Origin: Gemmatimonadales bacterium
GTDB taxonomy: Bacteria > Gemmatimonadota > Gemmatimonadetes > Gemmatimonadales > GWC2-71-9
NCBI GenBank assembly: GCA_037189525.1
Contig: JBBCJC010000002.1
Location: 1,312,001 to 1,376,000 of the forward strand
Reading direction: 5' to 3'
DNA: 64,000 nt
Part shown: in pieces, positions 20,411 through 29,632 of the stretch
Layout: each line of letters begins with the position of its first letter
Position numbering within the stretch: the first letter of the stretch is position 1
Made by a program: the position numbers and the translations under genes
The notes under the pieces: generated by a model
Told to the model about the DNA's origin: nothing
Databases searched by the model: none
What the model saw: only the letters and a program-made list of their open reading frames with translations

Positions 20411-21904
20411 TCAGGCCGGTATCGGCTCTCGCAGCGGCGCCCCGGCCTGCCAGACCAACTCGGCGTCGATGCCGGCGGGCGCGTCGACCTTGAGCCAGTC
20501 GAGCATGGTCGCGAACAGGTCGACTGTGCGAAGCGGCGTCGGGCCAAGGGGCTGGCTGCTCCAGAGCGGGACCTGCATGTGGGCGCGAAACAGGCTGCCG
20601 TGACCCGCCTTGTGCTCCGGAATTTCCCAGCGGTCGCGGAAGTCATACCCTTCTCGTCCGATCACGACGAGATCGCCGGTGCGCGGCGAGCGGAACTGGT
20701 CGAGTAACTGTACGGCGGCGTCCGGATAGACCTCGTCGAAGCTCCGGGCCAGCATTTCGCGCCGATCGGCCTCGAACGGGCCGGTGCCCAGCGGGTCCGC
20801 GCTCTCCGGGCGGTAGCTGATGCGGTCGCCGTGGTCGGTGATGACGGCTTCACCCTGCGCATCCAGCAGCCGGACCTGGCCGGGCCGGTCTTCCGCCGCG
20901 ACGAATGCCACCGCGGGTTCGCGGACCAGCGCAGCAACCAGATCCTCACTCGATCCGAAGGCTTCGCGAGTACGCAGCTTGGCCAGGGGCCATCGCTCGG
21001 TGCGCGGAACGCCGGGCGTGGCGTAGAGCATCGCGGAACCGTTGCCGGCCACCATCACGGCCACTCGAGGGTCGCGTTGCCAGAGTTCCGGGTGCGCCAG
21101 GGTGGGAATCCCACGCTCGCGGAACCAGCTCGCCAGGTCGAGGTGCTCACGTACCGTGGTCGCGCCGTGATCGCTCACCAGCAGAATCAGCGTTTCGTCT
21201 CGCTGCCCCTTCTGTTCCAGCAGGGCCATCGTGTCACCGATGGCGGCGTCGACCTTGTGCAAGGCGCGCAGAACCTTGGGGGCATCGGGAGTCGTCTGGT
21301 GCGTATACCCGTCGACCGCCGGAAACTGGGCAAAGAGGAAGCGCCAGTCGGGGTCGCGCCCGATCCAGTCCAGCAACGCCTTGGCCACGACGCCGTCGGC
21401 CGGCTGGTGCCAGAGGAGATAGTGGGAGATGGCACCCCAGAACTTCCGCGCACCTTGCGTCGGATCCCGTTCCGGCGTGAGGCCGCGGGTGATCATCGTA
21501 AAGAAGGCGGCGCTTTCCGGAACCAGCTGAAAGATGGTTTGGACATCGGGGGTGATATCGGCGTCCAGCATCCCGGCCTGATAGCCGCAGTAACTGCGGA
21601 CCGCATCACGCTCCTGCCACCAGCGTCCTGCGTAGGCGGCGCGATCGAGCCAGCGGATCGACGGCACGTTGCAGCGGCCCGGCAGGCACCCGGTCAGGAA
21701 GGGCAGGTAGGCGACGCTGGTAGTCGACGGGAACGCCGTGATGGCCCGGCCGCGCCCCCCGGCACCCGTCAGGCGGGCCAGGTTCGGCAGGCGTCCGGCT
21801 GCCACCTCACGCTCAGCGACGTCGGGGCGGAGGCCGTCGACCAGGATCAGCAGGCAACGGCGGGTCGAGCTACGGTCCGGGAGTGATCTCGTCATGAGGC
21901 GCAA
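20411..21904 (-). CDS. Alkaline phosphatase superfamily nucleotide pyrophosphatase/phosphodiesterase
   Basis: LVDGLRPD, FPSTT, DGYTH, VSDHG, GHGS. Confidence 0.85.
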   Translation of the reverse strand: MRLMTRSLPDRSSTRRCLLILVDGLRPDVAEREVAAGRLPNLARLTGAGGRGRAITAFPSTTSVAYLPFLTGCLPGRCNVPSIRWLDRAAYAGRWWQERDAVRSYCGYQAGMLDADITPDVQTIFQLVPESAAFFTMITRGLTPERDPTQGARKFWGAISHYLLWHQPADGVVAKALLDWIGRDPDWRFLFAQFPAVDGYTHQTTPDAPKVLRALHKVDAAIGDTMALLEQKGQRDETLILLVSDHGATTVREHLDLASWFRERGIPTLAHPELWQRDPRVAVMVAGNGSAMLYATPGVPRTERWPLAKLRTREAFGSSEDLVAALVREPAVAFVAAEDRPGQVRLLDAQGEAVITDHGDRISYRPESADPLGTGPFEADRREMLARSFDEVYPDAAVQLLDQFRSPRTGDLVVIGREGYDFRDRWEIPEHKAGHGSLFRAHMQVPLWSSQPLGPTPLRTVDLFATMLDWLKVDAPAGIDAELVWQAGAPLREPIPA

Positions 21905-22413
21905 GATGCCTCATGGGCGTGACCTGTCTGTGGCCGGGCGACTGGCGCCGGCGGGCGATGCGAGAGCCGTCTCGAATGCGGGTCTGGAGGGTCGTCAGCG
22001 GTGCGTGGCACAGGGTAGAAAACTGGACTGGTGGGCGAGCCGGTTCAAGGCTTGGCGCGGTCGGCGGTCAGACGACGAAATCCTGCCCGGGTTCGGTTTG
22101 CGCCAGCAAGCCGGCCAGGATCGTCAATCCTGCCGTCACGCGCTCCCGATCCGTTTCATGGCCTAGGCAGAGTCGAACCGCACCCAAAAATACGTCGGCG
22201 ACAGCGCGAGGTCACTTCTGCTCACCTTGGGACCTCGACACTGGCAGTACCGATGCCTTTTCGCCCAGACCACGCCCCCCGCCCCGAAGGTCAGAACCAG
22301 ATCGAGCGTTAGGCCGTAATGTTCGCTGCGGGTCCCGGCATTCAGAGTGCCGTGCTGACGGATCGAGGCACTGTGGAGTATTTTTCGTATCTCAGAACTT
22401 AAAAGGTCTCGGA

Positions 22414-22854
22414 ATGATCGCCCCTGCGATCCTAGTCTTTCTCGGTGTCGCTGCAGGAGTCCAAGAGAAAGCCTTTCGGGAAGACGAGGTTGACACCCCT
22501 GCCGTGGTCACCCGTATGGCACAACCGCGGTACCATCCACTTCTCCTTCACGTCCACGTTGAGCCGACCGCCACTGTGACATTTGTGATCGATACAGCCG
22601 GTCGCATTGAGTCGGGGTCACTTGAGCTGAGTTTGTCGAACGAGCACATACGAGATGACGTTCGCGAGGCACTCCTTCAGTTTGCCTACAAACCGGCTTA
22701 CTTGGCCGGATCCCCGGTCCGGCAGAGGGCGAGTATGGAGATCCAGTTCATCGATTGCCGGCCGACCGAACCACTATGGCCCAAAAACAAAGAAATCTGT
22801 TCGAAGCACGCGGGACTGACAGCACTGTACTACAAACGGGAGATTCCGCGCTGA
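22414..22854 (+). CDS. TonB C-terminal domain protein
   Basis: EDEVDTPA, PRY, VTFVIDTAGRIE, YKPAYLAGSPVRQ. Confidence 0.7.
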   Translation: MIAPAILVFLGVAAGVQEKAFREDEVDTPAVVTRMAQPRYHPLLLHVHVEPTATVTFVIDTAGRIESGSLELSLSNEHIRDDVREALLQFAYKPAYLAGSPVRQRASMEIQFIDCRPTEPLWPKNKEICSKHAGLTALYYKREIPR

Positions 22855-22940
22855 CCCGCTGATTAACAGTCAGCTGCCTTAGGCGGTGTGGATCCTTCTG
22901 CCAGTCTGCGTGGGGGTGGAGTCGGAGCCGGCCGAAAACG

Positions 22941-22984
22941 ACGAAACCCCACCGAGCATAACGTTCGGTGGGGTTTCGTTTTTT
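22941..22984. terminator. Bidirectional intrinsic terminator (original tRNA-Pro downstream terminator)
   Basis: acgaaaccccaccgagc/gttcggtggggtttcgt hairpin with T-tracts on both strands. Confidence 0.8.
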
Positions 22985-23032
22985 GATCAGTCGGGGCGCC
23001 GGGATTTGAATCCGGGACCTCTTGCTCCCGAA
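22984..23032. repeat. att direct repeat (displaced 3' half of tRNA-Pro)
   Basis: tgatcagtcggggcgccgggatttgaa(t/c)ccgggacctcttgctcccgaa, 48/49 identical to 40647-40695. Confidence 0.95.
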
Positions 23033-23135
23033 TCGCAGCCGCCCGCTGATGGGCACCAGCCACCACCGAAAGATCGTTGATTTTCAACCACTTACGCCAG
23101 TGGACGCCGATCAGCAACAACCAGAAACGGGGGGA

Positions 23136-23156
23136 TTTGTTACCCGGAACGTTACC
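23136..23156. repeat. Putative integrase arm-type site
   Basis: TTTGTTACCCGGAACGTTACC, identical to 40558-40578. Confidence 0.7.
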
Positions 23157-23395
23157 CGGCGCTGACCACAGGTCATCCCAAACGACCGGCGGTCGTCCCA
23201 TAAGTGCGGGTTTAAGCTAGGGGTGAGAGTGTGGCATCTGTCTTGAGGAGATTCGCCGGAGGCGAACTGGCCGATCTGGCGGTCGACTCCATGTCAAGGT
23301 ACCTTCCCCCCCGCGATCGGGGCGCGGCCCCTTGATGTCTGGGAAGTCCTTGGTGGACAAACCCTTCCGATTACCGGATTCTCAATGATCCACCC

Positions 23396-24064
23396 ATGGT
23401 AGTTGAATCCGCGGTGATACCTGGCCAGTACCCGGCCGAGCACGTTCGCCGGGTCGAGGTATGGGCTTCTGCATCGATTGATGGCGAAACACACGAGCGA
23501 ATGTCGCCCATGTTGGACGACGACGGCGAGGTATTTGCTCCAATCATGATCAATGTATTGGGCGGTACAGTCGACGGAGCCGCTACGGTACGGTCGCTGT
23601 CTGACGAGCACGGACGAACGGTTCACAGGGCGCACATACGGCTGTGGTTTGAACCGTCTGAGCCTCTCGACCTTGGTGACTCCTTCCTTTCGAAGCAGGC
23701 CGAGCGGTGGAACAATGTGACGAGCGAGCTGGATTCGGCCTTCGCTGACGCATCGTGGTCGGTCTCGGCGATCTTTGGCTTGGAAACCGCGGCAGAGCCA
23801 ACGGTTGTTGAGCTTCCGATCGCTCTCGACGCGCGAACAACAAAGAGCTTCTCGGAAATTAGGGGGCTGCGGCTTGTCCAGCTTACCAGCGATCGATCGT
23901 CTGAGCTGTACTCGGTAGTAGTCGACCAGCAACCGCGAGGACTGTCTCTTCAGGTCGCGTCGACCATGCGGTCGAACGTCAGCTCGGGGATCCTAGCCAA
24001 GGCCATGCGTGAGGGTTGGAGAATCGCGCGCTTTGCGGTGCCTAGCTTGCCGGAGGCGGAATGA
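23396..24064 (+). CDS. Hypothetical protein (first gene of HEPN operon)
   Basis: 222-aa ORF with ATGA overlap to the next gene. Confidence 0.65.
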   Translation: MVVESAVIPGQYPAEHVRRVEVWASASIDGETHERMSPMLDDDGEVFAPIMINVLGGTVDGAATVRSLSDEHGRTVHRAHIRLWFEPSEPLDLGDSFLSKQAERWNNVTSELDSAFADASWSVSAIFGLETAAEPTVVELPIALDARTTKSFSEIRGLRLVQLTSDRSSELYSVVVDQQPRGLSLQVASTMRSNVSSGILAKAMREGWRIARFAVPSLPEAE

Positions 24065-24654
24065 CTCACGTTATCGATAGTCGCGGCGTTTGGCACAGAC
24101 TCGACGAAATCGAGTTCCAACGGCCAGGGCGCCATGACTCGGTCGAACTCGTTCAGCAGAGTCGGCGATACCTGGAACGTCAGGCCCAAGCAGACATTCG
24201 GTCCGCGACTCAGGATTCTATGTCGTCCCTCTTTGTTGCTCTCATTCAGGGAGCGGCGAAGAAGGGGGCGTCCGCGGTTCGGGCCGACCTGCTCGCTGAG
24301 GAGCTCAAGGACGCGAAGGCAACCATTGATCGGTTACTGGCCTTCGTTCCAGGACGGATGCCAACGCCAGACGTCGAGCGCCTCCGGACCATTTCCAGCG
24401 AGCTCATGCAAGCGGCCAAAGACGCCTTCGGACCTTTGGGTTGTAAGCAGTACAACGTGGTTGCGCTGCCCGAGGCGGATGACGATTGCGAGGCGGCCGT
24501 CCGGATCGTTCTGGACGTTCAGCTGACGCCAGAAGCGGTCGCGCAGTTCGGGGAGCACGCCTTCGCCGTTCACCGACGCTTTGTTGAGCTTACGACACCG
24601 ACCGAACGTCGTGCGATTCACCTTTCCGTGGGCTCGATTTCCGACCCGCTATGA
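24061..24654 (+). CDS. Hypothetical protein, putative HEPN partner/antitoxin
   Basis: GGAGG RBS, ATGA overlaps on both sides. Confidence 0.65.
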   Translation: MTHVIDSRGVWHRLDEIEFQRPGRHDSVELVQQSRRYLERQAQADIRSATQDSMSSLFVALIQGAAKKGASAVRADLLAEELKDAKATIDRLLAFVPGRMPTPDVERLRTISSELMQAAKDAFGPLGCKQYNVVALPEADDDCEAAVRIVLDVQLTPEAVAQFGEHAFAVHRRFVELTTPTERRAIHLSVGSISDPL

Positions 24655-25061
24655 ACCCCGGTGAGAACCTCCCTCTCGCCAAGCTGCTTGCGAAGCCGTT
24701 GTCAGGCTGTTTGGACGAGGCGGCTTGGCGAGGAGCCGTAGGTCGTGCTTACTACGCCGCTTTTTGCGCCTCCAGAGATGCACTTGCCGCTGCGTCGATA
24801 GAGGTTCCGAGGACTAGAGATGCCCACGGGGATGTAGCGCAAAAGCTAGGGGAGTCGAGCGACTCGGTCGTTGCGGCTTGTGGCTCGATGCTTAATGACA
24901 TTCGACGCGACCGCCGAGCGGCGGACTACGACGTAGGCCGTCAGCTGCCGAAGCGTCATCACGAGTGGAGGACGATAGCTGCACTTTCCATAGGTAAGGC
25001 GGAACAGGTCGTCGAAGGACTGGCGAAGATTTCATCGGCCGAACTTAAGCGCAGCTTCTAG
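24651..25061 (+). CDS. HEPN domain protein (UPF0332-like)
   Basis: AVGRAYYAAF, conserved H (DAHGDV), RRDRRAADYD. Confidence 0.85.
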   Translation: MNPGENLPLAKLLAKPLSGCLDEAAWRGAVGRAYYAAFCASRDALAAASIEVPRTRDAHGDVAQKLGESSDSVVAACGSMLNDIRRDRRAADYDVGRQLPKRHHEWRTIAALSIGKAEQVVEGLAKISSAELKRSF

Positions 25062-25105
25062 GGTTTGCCCCCCCCATTGACCTTCCCGCCCCATCGTGGG
25101 GGCAT

Positions 25106-25448
25106 CTACACCTTCCGTGAGCACATGCTGGCCGCCGTCCTCAGTGGCCGGGACCGCCTCCGCCGCCTATACCCCTGCTGGACGAACTCGATCTCCCGCC
25201 CGATCTCGGCATCGGTGGGCCACCCCAAGTCCTCGCTCTTGTTCGAGTTCATGTCGAATGCTCCGAGTAGGCTGAGGCGCCAGGTGCCGTCATAGCCCTT
25301 AGTGGCAGGTCCAGCCGACGAGTCATGGTCGACCTCGGCCGCGGACCATGTCCTCGAGCTGGGCGACCGTCAGGCGCATCCGCCGGGCAGCTTCCGCCAG
25401 GGTGTAGTAGTTCGCGTCGGTGGGGAATTGGAACCGCCAGTTCGGCAT
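25106..25448 (-). pseudogene. Frameshifted HTH_17/Xis-like gene
   Basis: MPNWRFQFPTDANYYTLAEAARRMRLTVAQLEDMVRG stops at 25323; another frame continues ATKGYDGTWRLS... Confidence 0.45.
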
Positions 25449-25632
25449 TGGGCCAAGATAGCAGGCCCGGCATTCCTAGTGTCGCGATTCCTGAGAGCGC
25501 ATGGATGGCCGACCTACGGTTGGGCCCAGTACGCCCCTGAGCGTCCGTAGCCCGCGGATCGGCCAGCGGGCGAGCCCCCTTGTTCTTAACACCGGCTCCG
25601 GCCTCACGCTTATCAGACGTGCGGCCTCAGTC

Positions 25633-25872
25633 TCAATCGGGCACTTGCCCCCGTTGCGCTCGATAAGCAGCGACAAAGTCGGCTGCCAATTGGCTGGGCA
25701 GCCTGGTGCCTAGCCGATGCGTGAACTCCCAGACAAATTGGGAACCATCTGGGTTTGGAATACCAACCGACATGACGGCGGCCGTGCTCACCGTCATCAG
25801 GTTGGGATCCGGCCCGCGTTCACTGAGCTCCCACTGAATCGCGGCAACGACCTTCGCGAATTCCTCACTCAT
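25633..25872 (-). CDS. Hypothetical protein
   Basis: 79 aa, ATGA-coupled to the upstream gene. Confidence 0.5.
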   Translation of the reverse strand: MSEEFAKVVAAIQWELSERGPDPNLMTVSTAAVMSVGIPNPDGSQFVWEFTHRLGTRLPSQLAADFVAAYRAQRGQVPD

Positions 25873-26957
25873 TGTGTCGAGTTCTCCGTGTCGGTGTGAT
25901 CAGGACCGGGTTCGTTGGCGAAGCTATCGCCGTCAACGTCCTGTGGTACTTCACCACTGGTCCGACGTTGCCTCGGTTTCGAGGTTAGTCGATGCACAGC
26001 GGCCTTGAGTTCTCCATCGTCGCGAATCGCGAGGTCCATCCGCTCAACGAGGTCGACCAGGACAAGGCGGAAGTCGGTCGCATTGGCCAAGAATTCCTCG
26101 TCTGTGCCGTCGTGAAGATCCGCGCTAATTGCTTGGTGAAGGAGCTGCAGAGGACTGTGCCCATTGATGCGCAGGATCTCGGGAATCGCCGATTTTATCG
26201 AAGCGATGGCGTTGGCGAACTGCGTCTGACCCTTAGCCTCTGTTAGTTCGGCAACGAGGTCGTCGTGACCCGGAAGTACGGATGCGACCTTGATCATCCT
26301 GTCGAAGATTCTGTCCTTTTGCCGTTCGACGACCCGGCGGTAGTAGGCGGCCGCGCCCAGTCCGAATCCCTCCTGCTCCGCTCGATACCCAAGCAGGAAC
26401 AGCTTTCGATCCTTCTGGAGGAGTCGCTCCACTCTGGCGGGAGGCTTCTGACCGTACTGCGGCCACTCACCGATTTTCCAGATGCGAAGGGAGAGGTCTT
26501 CCTTTGCGGCGTCATGTGGCCGCGCATGTACCTCGAGCCGATTGCCTGACTGCGATTTCCAGGCGTGGTACTTGGGTGGCGGGGTGCATCCAAGAGCAAA
26601 CGTCTTATGGCTTTTGTTGCAGTTCTGGCATCGGTACGACGCGATACCGAACCATGGGAAATCCAATAGGCATTCTCCTACCGTTTGCCCGAGGTGAGAG
26701 ATAGGGCCAAACCATCGGACTCCATCACACTCAGGACAGTGCAGCTGAATGCGGGGAAGGGTAACAACAACGAGGGCTGCTCCCGAGGTGGCGGGCGACA
26801 CCGACGGGGCCACGGTCCACCTCAGCAGCGAGATTGCCGTGCCGGGTGGCATCCTCCCCAAGAGAATGGCGATGTCCATGTCTGTCGCCGGAGTACTTTC
26901 CGAGGTCAACGAAGGGTCGGGCCCTTGGCCTTCATTCGTCATTGTTGCTCTCCGCAA
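25869..26957 (-). CDS. Zn-ribbon + DUF4145/HEPN-like protein
   Basis: CPEC and CQNC pairs, KIGEWP, GLGAAAYYRRVVE, LHQAISADLH. Confidence 0.65.
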   Translation of the reverse strand: MRRATMTNEGQGPDPSLTSESTPATDMDIAILLGRMPPGTAISLLRWTVAPSVSPATSGAALVVVTLPRIQLHCPECDGVRWFGPISHLGQTVGECLLDFPWFGIASYRCQNCNKSHKTFALGCTPPPKYHAWKSQSGNRLEVHARPHDAAKEDLSLRIWKIGEWPQYGQKPPARVERLLQKDRKLFLLGYRAEQEGFGLGAAAYYRRVVERQKDRIFDRMIKVASVLPGHDDLVAELTEAKGQTQFANAIASIKSAIPEILRINGHSPLQLLHQAISADLHDGTDEEFLANATDFRLVLVDLVERMDLAIRDDGELKAAVHRLTSKPRQRRTSGEVPQDVDGDSFANEPGPDHTDTENSTQ

Positions 26958-27030
26958 AAATGAGCAGTGTTGCGGTGTGCTGGGATGAACGGGCAGACTC
27001 AGCGCCGCCGATTGCGCGAATTTCGTCGAA

Positions 27031-27963
27031 CTAATCTCCGAGCTGCGCCTCGGTCGGGAGTGTCGCGCGAATGATTACGGTTAGCTCATCGCCAGCCTTG
27101 TCGAGGTTCGCAGGTTCCCAAATCACGGTCAGCTGGTGGCTGGTGTCGAAGTGGATATCGTTAAAAACGTCGCGACGGCATGTGTAGATGACTGGAAGCC
27201 CAACGCCTTCAGCGAAGCCTGCCTCCCAATAGGCGCCGCGATTTCCATGGGATAGATCAGCAATAAGGAACCGGCTCCGCCGGATCTCCACTCGTAGCCG
27301 GTCGTCGATCAGCCCGGCTTCGGGTTCGTCGTCGAGGCGGCGGAGATCAAAGCCGGCGCGCAAGACGGCAGGTTTGAAGGTGCTGTGGACAACGTTGTCC
27401 AGTTCCTCGTCTCCGAAGGGCATTGCCATGAAGGCGCGCTTACTAGATCTGAACGTTGAGTTCCGTAGTTGGCGGACGCTGTCCCAGCCCTTGAGCGTCA
27501 ATCCGACATCTCCCCCACTTCGTGGATACACCTTTCCATGGAGGAGCCCGCTATTGACTAACTCTCCAACGAGGTAACCGACACTCTCCGTTGTTGCACA
27601 CCCTACCAGGGCCTGGTGGGGAGGTGCATGAACAGTGATCCGATCTCCAACTGCCTCCGTGTGGTCGCTTACGAGGAAAAGGATGTTGGCTGCTTGCTCG
27701 TCAGGCGATGGAAGTGAGACGTTCTGGACAAGGCTCTCCCACAGGTGGGTCGTCAGCTTGGGTACTGTCCTGTTTTTAAGCCCGCAGAGGCGGCGGATCC
27801 CGTAGCTAAGGGCTGGGCTTCCCTTGGCGGTGCCCTTCATGAAGAGTGCAACCAGGGATCCTGTCATCTCGTAAGTACCGCACCTTGGGCACTCATAGCG
27901 CGTGACATGGCCGTTTGCCTCCGTCCGGCACTCAAGCGAACATACATGGCAGGACTCGTTCAC
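27031..27963 (-). CDS. Zn-ribbon + wHTH + nucleoside 2-deoxyribosyltransferase/TIR-like domain protein
   Basis: CHVC/CPRC, LTLKGW, AFMAMPF, IRRSRFLIADLSHGNRGAYWEAGFA, PVIYTC, HFD. Confidence 0.8.
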   Translation of the reverse strand: MNESCHVCSLECRTEANGHVTRYECPRCGTYEMTGSLVALFMKGTAKGSPALSYGIRRLCGLKNRTVPKLTTHLWESLVQNVSLPSPDEQAANILFLVSDHTEAVGDRITVHAPPHQALVGCATTESVGYLVGELVNSGLLHGKVYPRSGGDVGLTLKGWDSVRQLRNSTFRSSKRAFMAMPFGDEELDNVVHSTFKPAVLRAGFDLRRLDDEPEAGLIDDRLRVEIRRSRFLIADLSHGNRGAYWEAGFAEGVGLPVIYTCRRDVFNDIHFDTSHQLTVIWEPANLDKAGDELTVIIRATLPTEAQLGD

Positions 27964-28087
27964 CGGTTTTAGCTCCTTGTTTGAGGCCCGCTCTGTTGAC
28001 TAATGAGGTCAATCTGTTCGCTATGAAGAGCTCGACCTTAACGCCCCCGGTGAGGAGGAGAGTGGAATCGCTCTACGGCTTCAGCTC

Positions 28088-28852
28088 TCAGCTTCTCTTG
28101 TCGCGCGCACCATCGATTCTGATCCAGTCATGAAACCGCCGTCCCAGATCGTTGATACGGACCATCTTGTTGGTCGATTTGGGATCTTGCGTTGAGGCAT
28201 CGAAGATCGTGATCAGGCCAAGGGCTTGGAGACGCAGCAGCCGAGCTCCGTAGAGTTCGTTTGGCGGGTACTTGAGTCGATCGAGGCTTGTCTCGGATCG
28301 ATAGCCCCAGAACATGTCTAGGCTGAGGGATCTCGGGAGGTCGCTTACGTTGGCTAAGGCCTCGATGTGCTCGTACTCGAGTTGGTCGAGAATTATGGCC
28401 ATCGTTCGGCCTTCATCCCGGTCGGCGGGTGCTTCGTGTCGAAGGCCATTTGCAAGGAGGGCGCCGAACGCCTCACGCTTCTTCTCGGCGCGGGCTCGCA
28501 AAGCCATGGGAAGCACCGTCAGAACGAGTTCACCCCAATCCGCTACATCCGGACGAGCCTCGGGCTCGATCGCCATCCGGTCGATGGCGTCGACGAGCCA
28601 CCAGAGGATGTGCTCTAGTCGCTCTCGGTAGCGCTGTTGACCGAACTCGCCTAACCATGGAGCAACCGCGTCGACGAGCAGCGTTAACCCAGTACTCGTC
28701 GGGGAAACCGCAGCAATGCTCGCGAGAACGCTGGCAATTCGTCCATCGCTCGTCCCTTCGAGCTCGACGAGTAGCTCGCGGATGCGTTCAGTCGGGGTTT
28801 CCGGGGGCAACCTGGCCGGGAACGGGCCATCGGGCGTACCGGGACTGCTCAC
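28088..28852 (-). CDS. Hypothetical protein, Abi-alpha/DUF4393-like
   Basis: ILDQLEYEHIEAL, LLRLQALGLI, INDLGRRFHDWI pattern; GTGA-coupled to the repressor. Confidence 0.55.
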   Translation of the reverse strand: MSSPGTPDGPFPARLPPETPTERIRELLVELEGTSDGRIASVLASIAAVSPTSTGLTLLVDAVAPWLGEFGQQRYRERLEHILWWLVDAIDRMAIEPEARPDVADWGELVLTVLPMALRARAEKKREAFGALLANGLRHEAPADRDEGRTMAIILDQLEYEHIEALANVSDLPRSLSLDMFWGYRSETSLDRLKYPPNELYGARLLRLQALGLITIFDASTQDPKSTNKMVRINDLGRRFHDWIRIDGARDKRS

Positions 28853-29073
28853 CCCTTCTTCCCCTTCTTCGGTTCCCGCACGATCAGGTCGCCCGGCTCG
28901 ACGCCGAGGGCCGCGGCGAGTCGTTCGATTAGGTCGAGCTCGATTCGCTTTGCCCGGTTGTTCTCGAGGTCGCTAATCGTTGCTTGGCGGGTGCTCGCCT
29001 CGTCGGCTAGGCGGACCTGCGACCAGCCTTTGGCTTCACGTAGTTCCCGGAGGCGGAGGCGAATTGGTGACAT
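28849..29073 (-). CDS. XRE/Cro-CI family HTH repressor
   Basis: LRELREAKGWSQVRLADEASTRQATISDLENN...LAAALGVEPGDL. Confidence 0.92.
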   Translation of the reverse strand: MSPIRLRLRELREAKGWSQVRLADEASTRQATISDLENNRAKRIELDLIERLAAALGVEPGDLIVREPKKGKKG

Positions 29074-29078
29074 ACTAC

Positions 29079-29126
29079 ATGATACGGGAAACGTATATTG
29101 ACGGCAATACGCTAGGCGTATAGCCT
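29079..29126. promoter_or_regulatory. Divergent promoters with two ATACG-N5-CGTAT operators
   Basis: Operators at 29082-29096 and 29107-29121. Plus strand TTGACG-N17-TAGCCT; minus strand TTGCCG-N17-TATCAT. Confidence 0.75.
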
Positions 29127-29257
29127 GGGGTCAAGAACAACGCGCCAGCCGGCTATCTCTTGGCGGAGACCGGTCTGGCGCGTGACACCAATCCCCGAAG
29201 GGTCGGCGACCGCATTCTAGCGGCGGCCGATCCGGAGGACAACACCGGAGGTGCGCC

Positions 29258-29632
29258 GTGATTCTGCAGCAAATCGCATTTCTTGGGTCGCTTTCGAGGA
29301 CCCGGCTGGTGCTAGTCGATCTGACGAAGCAGCCCGTCACCATTGATGAGCTCCGCCAAGCCGCTGCCGCCATCCGATCAGCTCGAGGTGAAATCCTCTC
29401 CGTGCCCGATATCGTTGGGTGCGAAGTCTTGATGCGCATGCGTTCCGAGGGGGTCGGGCAAGTCCTTCCGCTGGTTGATCGCATGCTGGCGACGGCGGTT
29501 CAACTGGCGCCGACGCCAAAGAGAAGGCCTCAACTACGCCGTCTCCGGGACTTGGTTGGCCGGGCGATTGAGTTTGGTCTTTGCACTGAGGAAGCCGAGG
29601 CGCAGGAGTTCCTGCGAAGCCGTCATGGCTAA
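29258..29632 (+). CDS. Hypothetical protein
   Basis: GGAGG RBS before GTG. Confidence 0.6.
   Translation: MILQQIAFLGSLSRTRLVLVDLTKQPVTIDELRQAAAAIRSARGEILSVPDIVGCEVLMRMRSEGVGQVLPLVDRMLATAVQLAPTPKRRPQLRRLRDLVGRAIEFGLCTEEAEAQEFLRSRHG

Noticed and set aside
22886..23080. 64-aa ORF across the left att as an independent gene
   Set aside because: Consists of terminator plus att sequence; relevant only as the alternative integrase tail after excision.
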